DNA from: Zygnema circumcarinatum SAG 698-1b
Lineage: Eukaryota; Plantae; Zygnematophyceae
Direction of reading: 5' to 3'
Length of the DNA stretch: 64,000 nucleotides
Assembly: GCA_037447605.1 (NCBI GenBank)
Contig: CM074818.1
Coordinates: 1,810,617-1,874,616 of the forward strand
Both the position numbers and the translations under genes were made by a program. Under the pieces are notes generated by a model. That model saw only the letters and a list, made by a program, of their open reading frames with translations, was not told the DNA's origin and did no database searches. This document shows positions 49,056-59,542 of the stretch, in pieces (the stretch's first letter is position 1; every line of letters begins with the position of its first letter).

Positions 49056-50372
49056 CTCTCTGTTCTCCTCTCCTCTCCTCTCCTCTCCCCATTTCTTACC
49101 TCTCCCTCTCCTTACATTCTCACCTTTCCGTTCCTCGCGTCCTTTCCTATCCTAGAACCTTTCCCTCGTCGCTCCTATACACCTCTCTCTCTCTCTCCTC
49201 CATGTCCCTCCTCCTCTCTCTCCCCCTCCGCTCTCTTCGTTTTGGGGAATCATCATGATTACCACCTCCCAATTATTTAGTTTGGTCCTTCGTGTCAAAC
49301 CTAGCCACAAGTTCCCTCAGAACAGAAAGAACTGGGTCCTGACAGCGCTTTGTAGGCAGAGAGAGACTTGTATAGAGAGAGAGAGAGAGAAAGAAAGTAG
49401 ATTGGCAGACGCTCCTTGCTCAAGGCACAGCATTCAAATACATTGAAATTATCTGAGGTCCTTGGTAGCTCCGGTGTTGCAGAATGGCTTCAGGGCATTG
49501 ATGTCAGTTGGGGATTTGATGGAAATTTGTTTGAAGTCTGACAGGGCGCCATGTCTGGCGGCAGTGCGAATTGATAGAGTGGATTGGGATTGAAAGTTTT
49601 AGATTGTTTTTCAGAACCAGAGAAACCCTAAAGTTAAGACGTCGTTGGGCGTAATATAGTCTTGAAGGAACTCATCTTGTCTACACTTTTGATGGCTTTA
49701 AAGGAACATGCTTTGAGCTATCGAGGTTAAGGGACTTCATGTCTATGTGATACCCTCCCTGCCTCCATCTCTCTCTCCCCTGCTCCCCTCTCCCTCTCTC
49801 TCCCTCTCTCTCCATCCCATTCCCTCCCTCCCTCTCTCTCTCCCTCCCTCCCTCCCTCCCTCCCTCCCTCCCTCCCTCCCTCCCTCTCTCCCTCTCTCTC
49901 CCTCCCTCTCTTTCTCTCCCTCCATCTCTCCCTCTCTCCCTCTCTCCCTCCCTACCTCTTGGACTCCTTGCTCGTGCGCGCTCACCATTGATTTGAAAAT
50001 TCGACGACAACAAGTCAAAGCTATGCTGCGTCAAGCAACGTTACGTCACATGTTGTCACGTCGCGTCATGTGTCGTCATGTCATGTTACGTCACGTTAGT
50101 ACGGCCCCTTCGCGCCCGACGGCCTTTTCCATGGCCGCGCGACCCGCCACGTGGCGCCTGTCTCCCGCCCGGGGACGCGCGTCCCTTCGGCCGTCCCAGG
50201 CCGTACACGCCACGTGGCGACTCCTCCAGAGGCGCAGGCTCGGGCCGCGAGCAGGCAGGACTGCCGGCCAGCCACGTGGCACCTCATGTGGAGCCCACCT
50301 GGTAGACCCCACTGGTAAAGGAACAACGTCACCCGTACGTGTCTCATGATTGAATGTGAGGAATGAATCGCA

Positions 50373-50951
50373 TTGAACTCACGATGGCGAGGCCATCAAA
50401 TGTACATGGACAAAAGCATGATGTGGAACCACGAGGGTCTGGCCGCAAAGGACCTAAGCACAAAAGAGAAAAGCTAAGAGCGGAAAACTACGCCTAGGCG
50501 AAACAACGCAGCCCCTAAAAGCAGCCGCGAAGGTCACCGATGTGCGGCACATCGCGAGGAGGGAGCGGGGGAAGTCACCGACACGGTCGCCAACAATCGC
50601 AGCACGCCGAAGGAGCGTAGAAGCGAGGCAACGCTGAATGTGCGGTATATACCTTATAGATTTCCGTCGCCCTTCAGCGTTGCCTAGTTTCTACGCTTCT
50701 TTGGCGTGCTGCGATTAATAAATTAATTAGGCGGGCGACCGTGTCGGTGGACTTCCCCTGCTCCCTCCTCGCGATGTGCCGCACATCGGTGACCTTCGCG
50801 GCTGCTTCTAGGGCTGCGTTGTGCGCCTAGGCGTAGTTTTCTGCTCTTAGCCAATTTCTATTGTGCTTAGGTCCTTTGCGGCCAGTCCCTCGTGGTTCCA
50901 CATCATGCTTTTGTCAATGTACATTTGATGGCCTCGCCATCGTGAGTTCAA
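50373..50951. mobile_element. 579-bp foldback/MITE-like element (arms ~270 bp, 34-nt loop)
   Basis: 50373-50638 is an imperfect reverse complement of 50673-50951; ends are TTGAACTCACGATGGCGAGGCCATCAAATGTACAT. No coding capacity and no clear TSD. Confidence 0.8.
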
Positions 50952-51303
50952 CGAAATTTTCCCTGCTCTTATAGACCGTTTACCTTTTCCCCCTTTTTAC
51001 CTTTTGATAGTAAAACTTGCCACGGATTAGAGCACATCTGAAGGTTTGAGGCTCTTCTATGAAAAGTATTGCAAGCCTGATGAGCGTTGCTTACGTCAGC
51101 ACACACACACACAAACACTGGGATCAAGTCCCCTTCTTTCTCCACAACACGAGGAGGGCAGGCTGCGATTGATTCTCCATGTTGTTGTTGTTGTTGTTGG
51201 CCATGTTGGCCTTTCATGAGACCAATGCAAATATGCATGCGATTGAGCCCCGGTATCTGCCATGAGGCAAAGCCAAAAATAACAGCGAAATGAGCACGAC
51301 CGT

Positions 51304-51347
51304 ACAATTGACGACCGTACGAATACGGTCGTACGGTCGTCAATTGT
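51304..51347. repeat. Perfect 19-bp inverted repeat with a 6-nt loop
   Basis: acaattgacgaccgtacga-atacgg-tcgtacggtcgtcaattgt. Confidence 0.95.
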
Positions 51348-52069
51348 TCAAAACGAGTGGGTATAATATATGTAATAAAGTGTTTTACTTTGTAATATAT
51401 TACTACTTTTAAACCCGTTGTAAAATATATAATGTATTCGGAATTTATAACGCGGGTCGTGCGACTCGTAAGACAGAGGACGGTCTCTAGGAACAAAACC
51501 CTGTCGCTCAGAGGCACACAAAAGCTCGGAAACTGAACCCTGGCCCGGACCCTAAACCGCCCCTCTGGTTTATTTTCCGCATGGGAAGAAAGCTAGATCC
51601 GCAACAAACCATCCCTTCTGGTTGTTTTAGGCACTCACAGAATTGGAACTGGAACTGGAACTGGAACTGCAGTAGTGCAGCATAGAGTCCTGTTGGATGC
51701 TCACATGATTCTGCAATTTGGCCGAAAATTGCAAGTACTGTACGTGCGTTGCCCTCTCAGGCGGACCTGCACAACAGCAGTGCTATTTTTCATGGGTAGG
51801 GGAAGGCTCGGCGGATCACTCGACCCCACAATTCTGGAGGGAGCTCAGAGAGGGTTATGATCAGGTTAGGGGCTTTCGACATTAAGGTGAGGGATTAGGG
51901 TTAGGATTAGGGTTCGATGGTGTTAGGGTTAGTCATGGTTAGGGTTAGGGTTAGGGTTAGGGCCAGGGTTAGGGTTAGGTTAGGGTTAGGGTTGAGTGTT
52001 AGAAGCCTTTCCACGAAGAGATGAGGTAGCAAATGTCTACCAGGGGGTGCTGACACTCCGAAGGGCGCC

Positions 52070-53245
52070 ATGGCGGTTTTCTTTCTTCCTTTATTTCGCC
52101 GCACCGTCTGGATCAGAGCTCCCTTCCGCCTGCCATGGCGCTACCCATCCCTTGAACAGCTCACTTGCACTCAGTCCCTGCAAGGCCGCCATGGATACAG
52201 CAGCAATAGCAGGGAGGGTGAAAAGCTTGACAAAGCGAGTGCAGGCAGAGCCGCCATGGCCGAAGAAAAAGCTGCGGAGTCGACGAGCGCTCTCCGAGAA
52301 GCAGTCGACGCTCTCCTGAGCTTAGGATACACGCAGGAGAAGGTCCGCCACCTCGTTGAGAAGAAGAAGAGTATTCTTATAAGAGGCCATAAGCACATCC
52401 TCCCTAAAGCAGCCTTCTTCCAGCGCCATGGGATCGACTCGCACGACTTTTTCAACGCATTACAACGCAGCGCTTTGTACGGCAACTTCCTCTTCACCGC
52501 AGATGAGAAGCAGGAAGACGTGTTCGAGTTCCTGCGGAGCTCTATGAAAGTGACGAACTTAGGAAAGGTGGTAGGCAGACTGCCGATGCTTTTATCATCT
52601 CGTGTGCAGACTCTTGAGGCGAAGGCTCGGCTATGGGAGGAGTTAGACGTCCCTGTTACAGGCGCTATGTTAGAGAGGTATCCAACGCTGCTCTGCTGCA
52701 GTCCTGAAACAATAAGGGAGGGAGTCGAGGCAGTGAAGTCGACCTTCTCCAGCGAGGTAGGAAGGAACGTGCTCCTCCAATTCCCCTGCATCATTCTAAG
52801 GAAGAGCCATCACTTCAAGAATGCTGTGGCTGGATTGGAGGAGATGTTGGGACCCGAGCGCGCTCAGAAAATTATACTGAGTAACCCACTGGTATTATTA
52901 GCATCCCGGGGTACAATGGAGAACATGTATAAACATCTGGTGGAGAACTTCGGAGAGCTTCCAACCTTGAAGATGGTGAAGTCTGCGCCTACACTTCTTA
53001 GCAGGTCTTGGGCTTCGATCAAGCCCAAGATTGACTTCGTATTGACTGAGATGGGCCGTAGTAAAGAGGAGCTCATCATTTACCCCAACATTTTGTCGCT
53101 CTCCTTAGAGAACCGGCTGAAGCTGCGACACGTGGCGCTTATGAAGGCCGGGATTGGACACAATAAGTTTCGTCTGGGATCACTGTTTTCGATATCGAAC
53201 GCTGCTTTTATGGAGAGGTTTAGTGTGCGGTTGCCGCAACAATAG
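52070..53245 (+). CDS. mTERF: mTERF-family protein, copy D (inverted relative to the others, 391 aa)
   Basis: Intact ORF. Both flanks are reverse complements of the flanks of copy A (51760-52070 vs 35320-35620; 53250-55790 vs 31860-34120). Confidence 0.9.
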   Translation: MAVFFLPLFRRTVWIRAPFRLPWRYPSLEQLTCTQSLQGRHGYSSNSREGEKLDKASAGRAAMAEEKAAESTSALREAVDALLSLGYTQEKVRHLVEKKKSILIRGHKHILPKAAFFQRHGIDSHDFFNALQRSALYGNFLFTADEKQEDVFEFLRSSMKVTNLGKVVGRLPMLLSSRVQTLEAKARLWEELDVPVTGAMLERYPTLLCCSPETIREGVEAVKSTFSSEVGRNVLLQFPCIILRKSHHFKNAVAGLEEMLGPERAQKIILSNPLVLLASRGTMENMYKHLVENFGELPTLKMVKSAPTLLSRSWASIKPKIDFVLTEMGRSKEELIIYPNILSLSLENRLKLRHVALMKAGIGHNKFRLGSLFSISNAAFMERFSVRLPQQ

Positions 53246-53443
53246 AAGTAAGGTGGAGGCGTGCTTTGGCTTATGTAAATAAAAATGTCACAATAAGGGA
53301 AGGCCTTATGTTGAGGTCACCAAATAATTTTCCCAACAGAGGAAAAGAGTTGGCGGTGGCGTATGATGGTGTGGCTGAGATTGGCTTTTGCACAGCAGAT
53401 GCTCTCTCACATGTGTGGGAATTGTGGTGGGAATGTCAAGCTG

Positions 53444-53489
<46 letters not shown>

Positions 53490-53659
53490 CGAGAGGGATG
53501 GAGGGGAGGAACTAGCGACCCGGGGGGTGGGAGGGAGCTGCTCCTGTCGGTGCGCACATGCAAGCTGAAAATCAAGCGTCCGAGGGGGGATTTAGGGAGG
53601 GCGAGAGGGAGGGAGGGAGGGAGGTACACAAAACTCGGCTTTCGTTGCAGTGGTAAGCG

Positions 53660-54010
53660 GCCGCCAACCTTTGGTAACCGATCAGGAATATAAAGTTCCA
53701 AAATACTATTGAAAAGGGATTCCAGAAAAGAATTCTATGTTCCAGGCTTTGTAACCGTCCACAAGAGGTTTTTCCGGGCGGGAGAGAGGGAGGATCAGCC
53801 GAATTGAAGGGTTGATCTGTTCCACAAATAACGCTGTTGAGGGCTTGTATGGACTAAGGGTTTGAAGGCTTTTAGATTTTTACAGTTTTGGGGGTAGTGA
53901 GTGCATCTCAACTGACATCACTGGAAGCCCTTTTTCCTTTTGTAGGATGAGAAGGCACACACTATAGACAAGTCCTCTGTTTGCGGATCACTCCTCCCCT
54001 CCTGTACCAG
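53660..54010 (+). pseudogene. ZYP1 last intron/exon relic (cassette D, inverted)
   Basis: cagtg|gtaagcgg ... ttccttttgtag|gatgagaaggcacacactatagacaagtcctctgtttgcggatcactc. Confidence 0.7.
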
Positions 54011-56051
54011 TGCACCCCTTTAGGCTGCCTCCCTCTGATTCCACCCTGTCGGGGTTTAGGGTGGAACTGGGTCCACCGATCACTTGGACGCTGCCTCTCC
54101 CCACCTTCAGCAGAAGGAGACAAAGGGTTGCGAGCCAACATTGGAAAATGAAGCATGGGCCACTCTCTCTCTCCCACTCTCTCGCCCGCTCTCTCTCCCC
54201 CCCTCTCTCTCCCACTCTCCCACTCTCTTTCTCACCCTCTCTCCCACTCTCTTTCTCCCTCTCTCTCCCACTCTCTTTCTCCCTCTCTCTCCCACTCTCT
54301 TTCTCCTCTTGCACTCTCCCCCCCTCTCTCTCTACCTCAACCTCGGTATGATCTCAATCTGCAAGTACTCAGGGCTTCCTTTGTTCCCTTGTCTCCATCG
54401 CCCTCCCTTCGCCATCTCAATGTCCTCCCTCTCTCCCTCCCTCCCTCCCCTCCCTCCTCCTCTCCCTTTCTCTCCCTCTTCCTCCATTGGGCCCCCTTCC
54501 ACTTCCTCTCCCACCCCCCGCTCCCTTCTCTCTCTTCCTCTCCATCCCTCCCTCCCAATGAATATTTCCTGCGACGATTTTGAATTGTCCGATTCTGAAA
54601 ACCCTATGCAGCTTAATCAGTTCCCTATTATTTTGATTTGTTTATCTTATGATCCTCAATTCTTCTTCTAAAGGATCACTTCCTCAATGCAACTGGTTTT
54701 CGATTACTCCCAAAATTCACAACTCTGAAAGCCTCTCGTTTGCCCTACAGCTTCTCCCCTTTTTATCCACTTCAAAACTGTAAGGGTAACATCAGCCTAC
54801 AACTTCTCCGGCTCTGAATCATTACTTAATTAGTTGGGATAAACAACTTTAAGCGTTCACCTTTCTTTAAAGGTTACTATAGCGCTTCAAAGTCTTTACT
54901 TTTTCTTTACTTTTTACCATTTGTCTGGCTGTGATTTTATTGAGCGCCTTCTTCCTTGCGTATGTCTTTATTGAGGGCCTTTTGATTCGAATACAACTTT
55001 ACCGAATGTATTGTATCCGGCATAACTTTACTGCTGGTTTTTTTTTGTCTACATTAAACTATGTTGAGGCCTTCTTTGTCTGCGCGGAACCTTGTCGTTT
55101 ACCTGTATGTAATTTTATTGAGGGGTCTCTTTTTGGATGTGACATTATCAAGGGTGGTCGGCTGCATCCCTTCAGGCTCGAATTCAGCCCTTCCTCGTTT
55201 TGGGTCTCCTCACCACTTGGCTTTTGGTCCCCAATGATGATGGCGGCAATGCTTTGTTGTGCACGTTAACGATGATGTAGTTATCGCCAACATCATAATT
55301 GGGACGAATTGGACCACATCTCCATCCGAAGCTCCCACAATCCCTTACAACTCTCAGTCCATTTGTGCAGCATTAGTCACAAGATAAACCAAAAAACCAG
55401 CAAGAACCTAAAGCCTGAAAACCACCACCCCAAACATCTCAAACTAAGCTTGCAATGCATTTTTTGACACTTTCCTTCATGACTAACAAAAGAGAGAATT
55501 TCTTCCTTTTCACCGTTTGGACCTGAGATCATTTGTATCTTAAGCCATTCTATTGCTTATCGACGAGGAGTTCTCTAACCCTAAATTCCGCCTCGTTAAA
55601 TGCTCTCAAAACCCGAAGGCTATCTCCGCATTTTCGTCATTTTTTTACCCTTTGATTCATCCAAGCGCAGAAGAATGGCGCACTATTTGAGTTGATCCTT
55701 CTGAAGGATGTTTTGGTCCACATACTCTTCTTCACTGCCGGAGGATTGTGAAGATCTGCGGGCAAAAGCCTCTCTCTCTCTCTCCCACTCTCTCTCTCCC
55801 TCACTCTCTCTCCCCGCTCCTCCCCCCCCTCTCTCTCTTCTCTCTCTCTCGAGGCAGCTTAACATCCCCACCACGATTCCCACACATGTGAGAGAGCATC
55901 TGCTGTGCAAAAGCCAATCTCAGCCACACCATCATACGCCACCGCCAACTTTTTTCCTCTGTTGGGAAAATTATTTGGTGACCTCAACATAAGGCCTTCC
56001 CTTTTTGTGACATTTTATTTACATAAGCCAAAGCACGCCTCCGCCTTACTC

Positions 56052-57233
56052 CTACTGTTGCGGCAACCGCACACTAAACCTCTCCATAAAAGCAGCGTTC
56101 GATCTCAAAAAAAGTGATCCCAGAGGATACTTATTGTGTCCAATCCCGGCCTTCACAAGCGCCACGTGTCGCAGCTTCAGCCGGTTCTCTAAGGAGAGCT
56201 TCAGAATGGAGGGGTAGATAATGAGCTCCTCCTTACTACGGCCCATCTCAGTCAATAGGAAGTCCATCTTGGGCTTAATCGAAGCCCAAGTCCTGCTAAT
56301 AAGTAAGGGCTGCGCCTGCACAATTTTCAAAGTCGGAAGCTCTCCGAAGTGCTCCACCAGCTGCCTGTACGTGTTTTCCATTGTCTCCCGTGTTGACAAG
56401 AGTATCCGCGGGTTACTTCTAAGCATTTTCTGAGCGCTCTCGGACCCAAAAATCTCCTCCAATCCAGCCACAGCATTCTTGAAGTGATGGCTGTTTCTGT
56501 AAACGATGCAGGAGAAGAGGACAAGCACATTCTCTCTTACCTCGCTGGAGAAGGTCGACCTCACAGCCTCGACTCCCTCCCTTATTGTTTCAGGACTGTA
56601 GGAGAGCAGCGTTGGATACCTCTCCAACATAGCCCCTGTGACAGGCAAGCCTAACTCCTCCCATAGACGAGCCTTCGCCTCAAGAGTCTGCACACGGCAT
56701 GATAAAATCAACGGCATTTTGCCTATCACCTTTCCTAAGTTCGTCACTTTCATAGAGCTCCGAAGGAACTCGAACACGCCTTCCTGCTTCTCATCGGGAG
56801 CGAAGAGGAGGTTGCCGTACAAGCCACTGCGTTCTACAGCATTAAAAAAATTGTCCGAGTCCATCCCATGGCGCTGGAAGAAGGCTGCTTTAGGGAGGAT
56901 GTGCTTATGGCCTCTTATAAGAATACTCTTCTTCTTATTAACGAGGTGGAGGACCTTCTCCTGCGTGTATCCTAAGCTCAGGAGAGCGTCGACTGCTTCT
57001 CGGAGAGCGCTCTTCGACACCGCAGCTTTTTCTTCGGCCATGGCGGCTCTGCCTGCACTTGCTTTGTCAAGCTTTTCACCCTCCCTGCTGCTGCTATTGC
57101 TACTGTATCCATGGCGGCCTTGCAACGACTGGGTGCAAGTAAGCTGCTCAAGGGATGGGTAGCGCCATGGCAGGCGGAAGGGAGCTCCGATCCAGTCGGT
57201 GCGGCGATAAAAGGAAAGAAAAAAAACCGCCAT
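56052..57233 (-). CDS. mTERF: mTERF-family protein, copy E (393 aa), convergent with copy D
   Basis: Intact ORF with the same repeat structure. Confidence 0.9.
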   Translation of the reverse strand: MAVFFLSFYRRTDWIGAPFRLPWRYPSLEQLTCTQSLQGRHGYSSNSSSREGEKLDKASAGRAAMAEEKAAVSKSALREAVDALLSLGYTQEKVLHLVNKKKSILIRGHKHILPKAAFFQRHGMDSDNFFNAVERSGLYGNLLFAPDEKQEGVFEFLRSSMKVTNLGKVIGKMPLILSCRVQTLEAKARLWEELGLPVTGAMLERYPTLLSYSPETIREGVEAVRSTFSSEVRENVLVLFSCIVYRNSHHFKNAVAGLEEIFGSESAQKMLRSNPRILLSTRETMENTYRQLVEHFGELPTLKIVQAQPLLISRTWASIKPKMDFLLTEMGRSKEELIIYPSILKLSLENRLKLRHVALVKAGIGHNKYPLGSLFLRSNAAFMERFSVRLPQQ

Positions 57234-57783
57234 GGCACCCTTCGGAGTGTCAGCACCTCCTGGTAGACATTTGCTACCTCAGCTCGTCGTGGAAAGGCTT
57301 CCAGCTCTCAACCCTAACCTAACCACTAACCCAGGCCCTAACCCTAACCCTAACCATGCCTAACCCTTACCCCATCTAACCCTTATCCTAACCCTAATCC
57401 CTCACCCTAATGTGGAAAACCCCTAACCTAATCACAACCCTCTCTGAGCTCCGTCCAGAATTGTGGGGTCGAGTGATCCACCAAGTCCTCCCCTCGGCAT
57501 GAAAAATAGCACTGCCCTTGAGTATGGCGGCCGCGACATTACTGGAACTGGAACCGGAACTGGAACTGGAACTGTAACTGCTACTTTGATGCGGCTGGTT
57601 TCGAGGTGCAGCATAGAGACCAGTGTCGTCTGAGGTTCCATGAAGCTCACAGTTTGACAAATTTGAATAATCCCGTCCGCAAAGGGACGCCCCTTCTCTT
57701 GTCGTTTGCGGCTGGTCGTGTCATGGAGAATGTGCCATGTGACTAATAATGATTCGCCGTGAAATGTCGGCACTCCGTTCACA

Positions 57784-57895
57784 GCCGACCAAAGCAAATT
57801 GGAGATAACCGACCTACCACCGACATTTTACCGACCTACAATCAATAAAGCCTATTACCGACCTAAATTTGACAGCACCGTTTGGAACCGACCTA
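57784..57895 (+). promoter_or_regulatory. Six A/GCCGAC (DRE/CRT-like) motifs in 110 bp upstream of mTERF E
   Basis: Cores at 57784, 57808, 57819, 57830, 57857 and 57887, mostly ACCGACCT. Confidence 0.45.
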
Positions 57896-59542
57896 GCGCC
57901 AACGCGCCCGTAGGCTCGCGTCGAGGTTGGCCGGCGTAAAAAATTGGGCTTCCAAAAACGAGTGAGAGCTTCAATGGCTCGTTTGTGAAGTATAGAGTTT
58001 TTTTTGTTTTTGTTTTTGTGTTGTGAACTGCTTTGGATCCTCACATGATGTTCTGTAACTTGGCTGAAAATTTCAAGTGTATGATCTCATGAAGGCTGCA
58101 TGGGAGTGTCAGAACGGCGACTTCAACTCTGCGGGGGGAAGAGAGGCTTTTGCTCGCAGAGCTTAGACAACCCTCCGGCAGTGTAGGAGAGTATGTGGAC
58201 CAACACATCCTTCAGAAGGTTCAGCTCAAATAGTGCACCATTCTTCTGCGCTTGGATGAATCAAAGGGTAAAAAAATCCGACGAAAAGAAATGGAGAGTG
58301 GCTGCTGACATAGCCTTCGGGTTTTGAGAGCATTGAACGAGGCGGAATTTAGGGTTTGAGCCTCCGCTTCGATTAGAAATAGAATGGTTTAAGATAATAA
58401 TGATCTCAAGGCCAGACGGTGAAGGGGAAGAAATTCTCTCTTTTGTTAGTCACAAAGAAAAGTGTAAAAAGTGCATTGTAAGCTTAGTTTGAGATGTTTG
58501 GGGTGGTGGTTTTCAGGCTTTAGGTTCTAGCTGGATTTTTGGATTCTCTTGTGACTGGTGCTGCACGAATGAACAGAGAGTTGTAAGGGATCGTGGGAGC
58601 TTTGGATGGCGATGGGGTCCAATTTGTCCCAATTGTGATGTTGGCGATGCCTACATCATCGATGGGGACCAAAGGAAACTGGTGAGGAGACCCTCGTCTT
58701 TCGTTCATGTCAGAGAGTGTCAACTCCATGTGTCAGCTCAAATTTACAGTTAGCAGATTAGTAGCGCAAAATCCCTTCCCCTCCTCTTCCCTGCTACCTC
58801 TCTATGTTCCTCCTTCCTCGTCTCTCTCTTTTTTTTCTCCCACTCCCTTCCCCTCCCCCTCCCCCTCTCTTCCCATCTCCTCTCCCCCTTTGCCTTTCTT
58901 CCCCTTCCACTTCTATCCCCCCACTCTCGTCCTCTCCCCCTTTCTCAGCCACTTCCCCCTCTGCCTTCTTCCCTTTCTTCCTCTCCATCACTATCGCTGT
59001 CTCCCCCCCTCTCCCCCCCTCTCGGCCTCTCCCTTTATGTCCCCCATTTCCCCCCCTTCCTCTCCCACTCTCCCCCTCACACCCCCCCCTCCCCTCCCTC
59101 CCCCGCTTGACCCCCTCAACACCCCTCTCTCTCTTTAGGCCCCCCCGAATTTTATTCCTGATTGTCTCATCTGACAGAGAGAGGGAAGGATAGAGAGTGA
59201 ATGACAATAAGGAGTGTCGAAATGGTGAAGGGCGAGAGTGAGTAACTGGAGAGAAGGTTGGGAACAGGAAGATCCTTGAGCGCTGCATGTTGAGATCATA
59301 CTGAGGTGGAGGTTCCAACGGTTGACAGCTGCCCGTCCAAAGCTGCTCTACTTGCAATAAAGCAAATTGTCCGCCCGTCCGCAGTCACAAAAGTCCATTG
59401 TATGCAAAAGGTTCAAGCTTCATCTGCAAATTTTGCTCGCACTACCTTGTATCCTTGTACTGGAATTTGGTGCAAAACGTCCTCAAATAATTATTCGAAT
59501 ATTTCACACTCGGAATAATGACAGCGCGGAAACAGACGGAGA

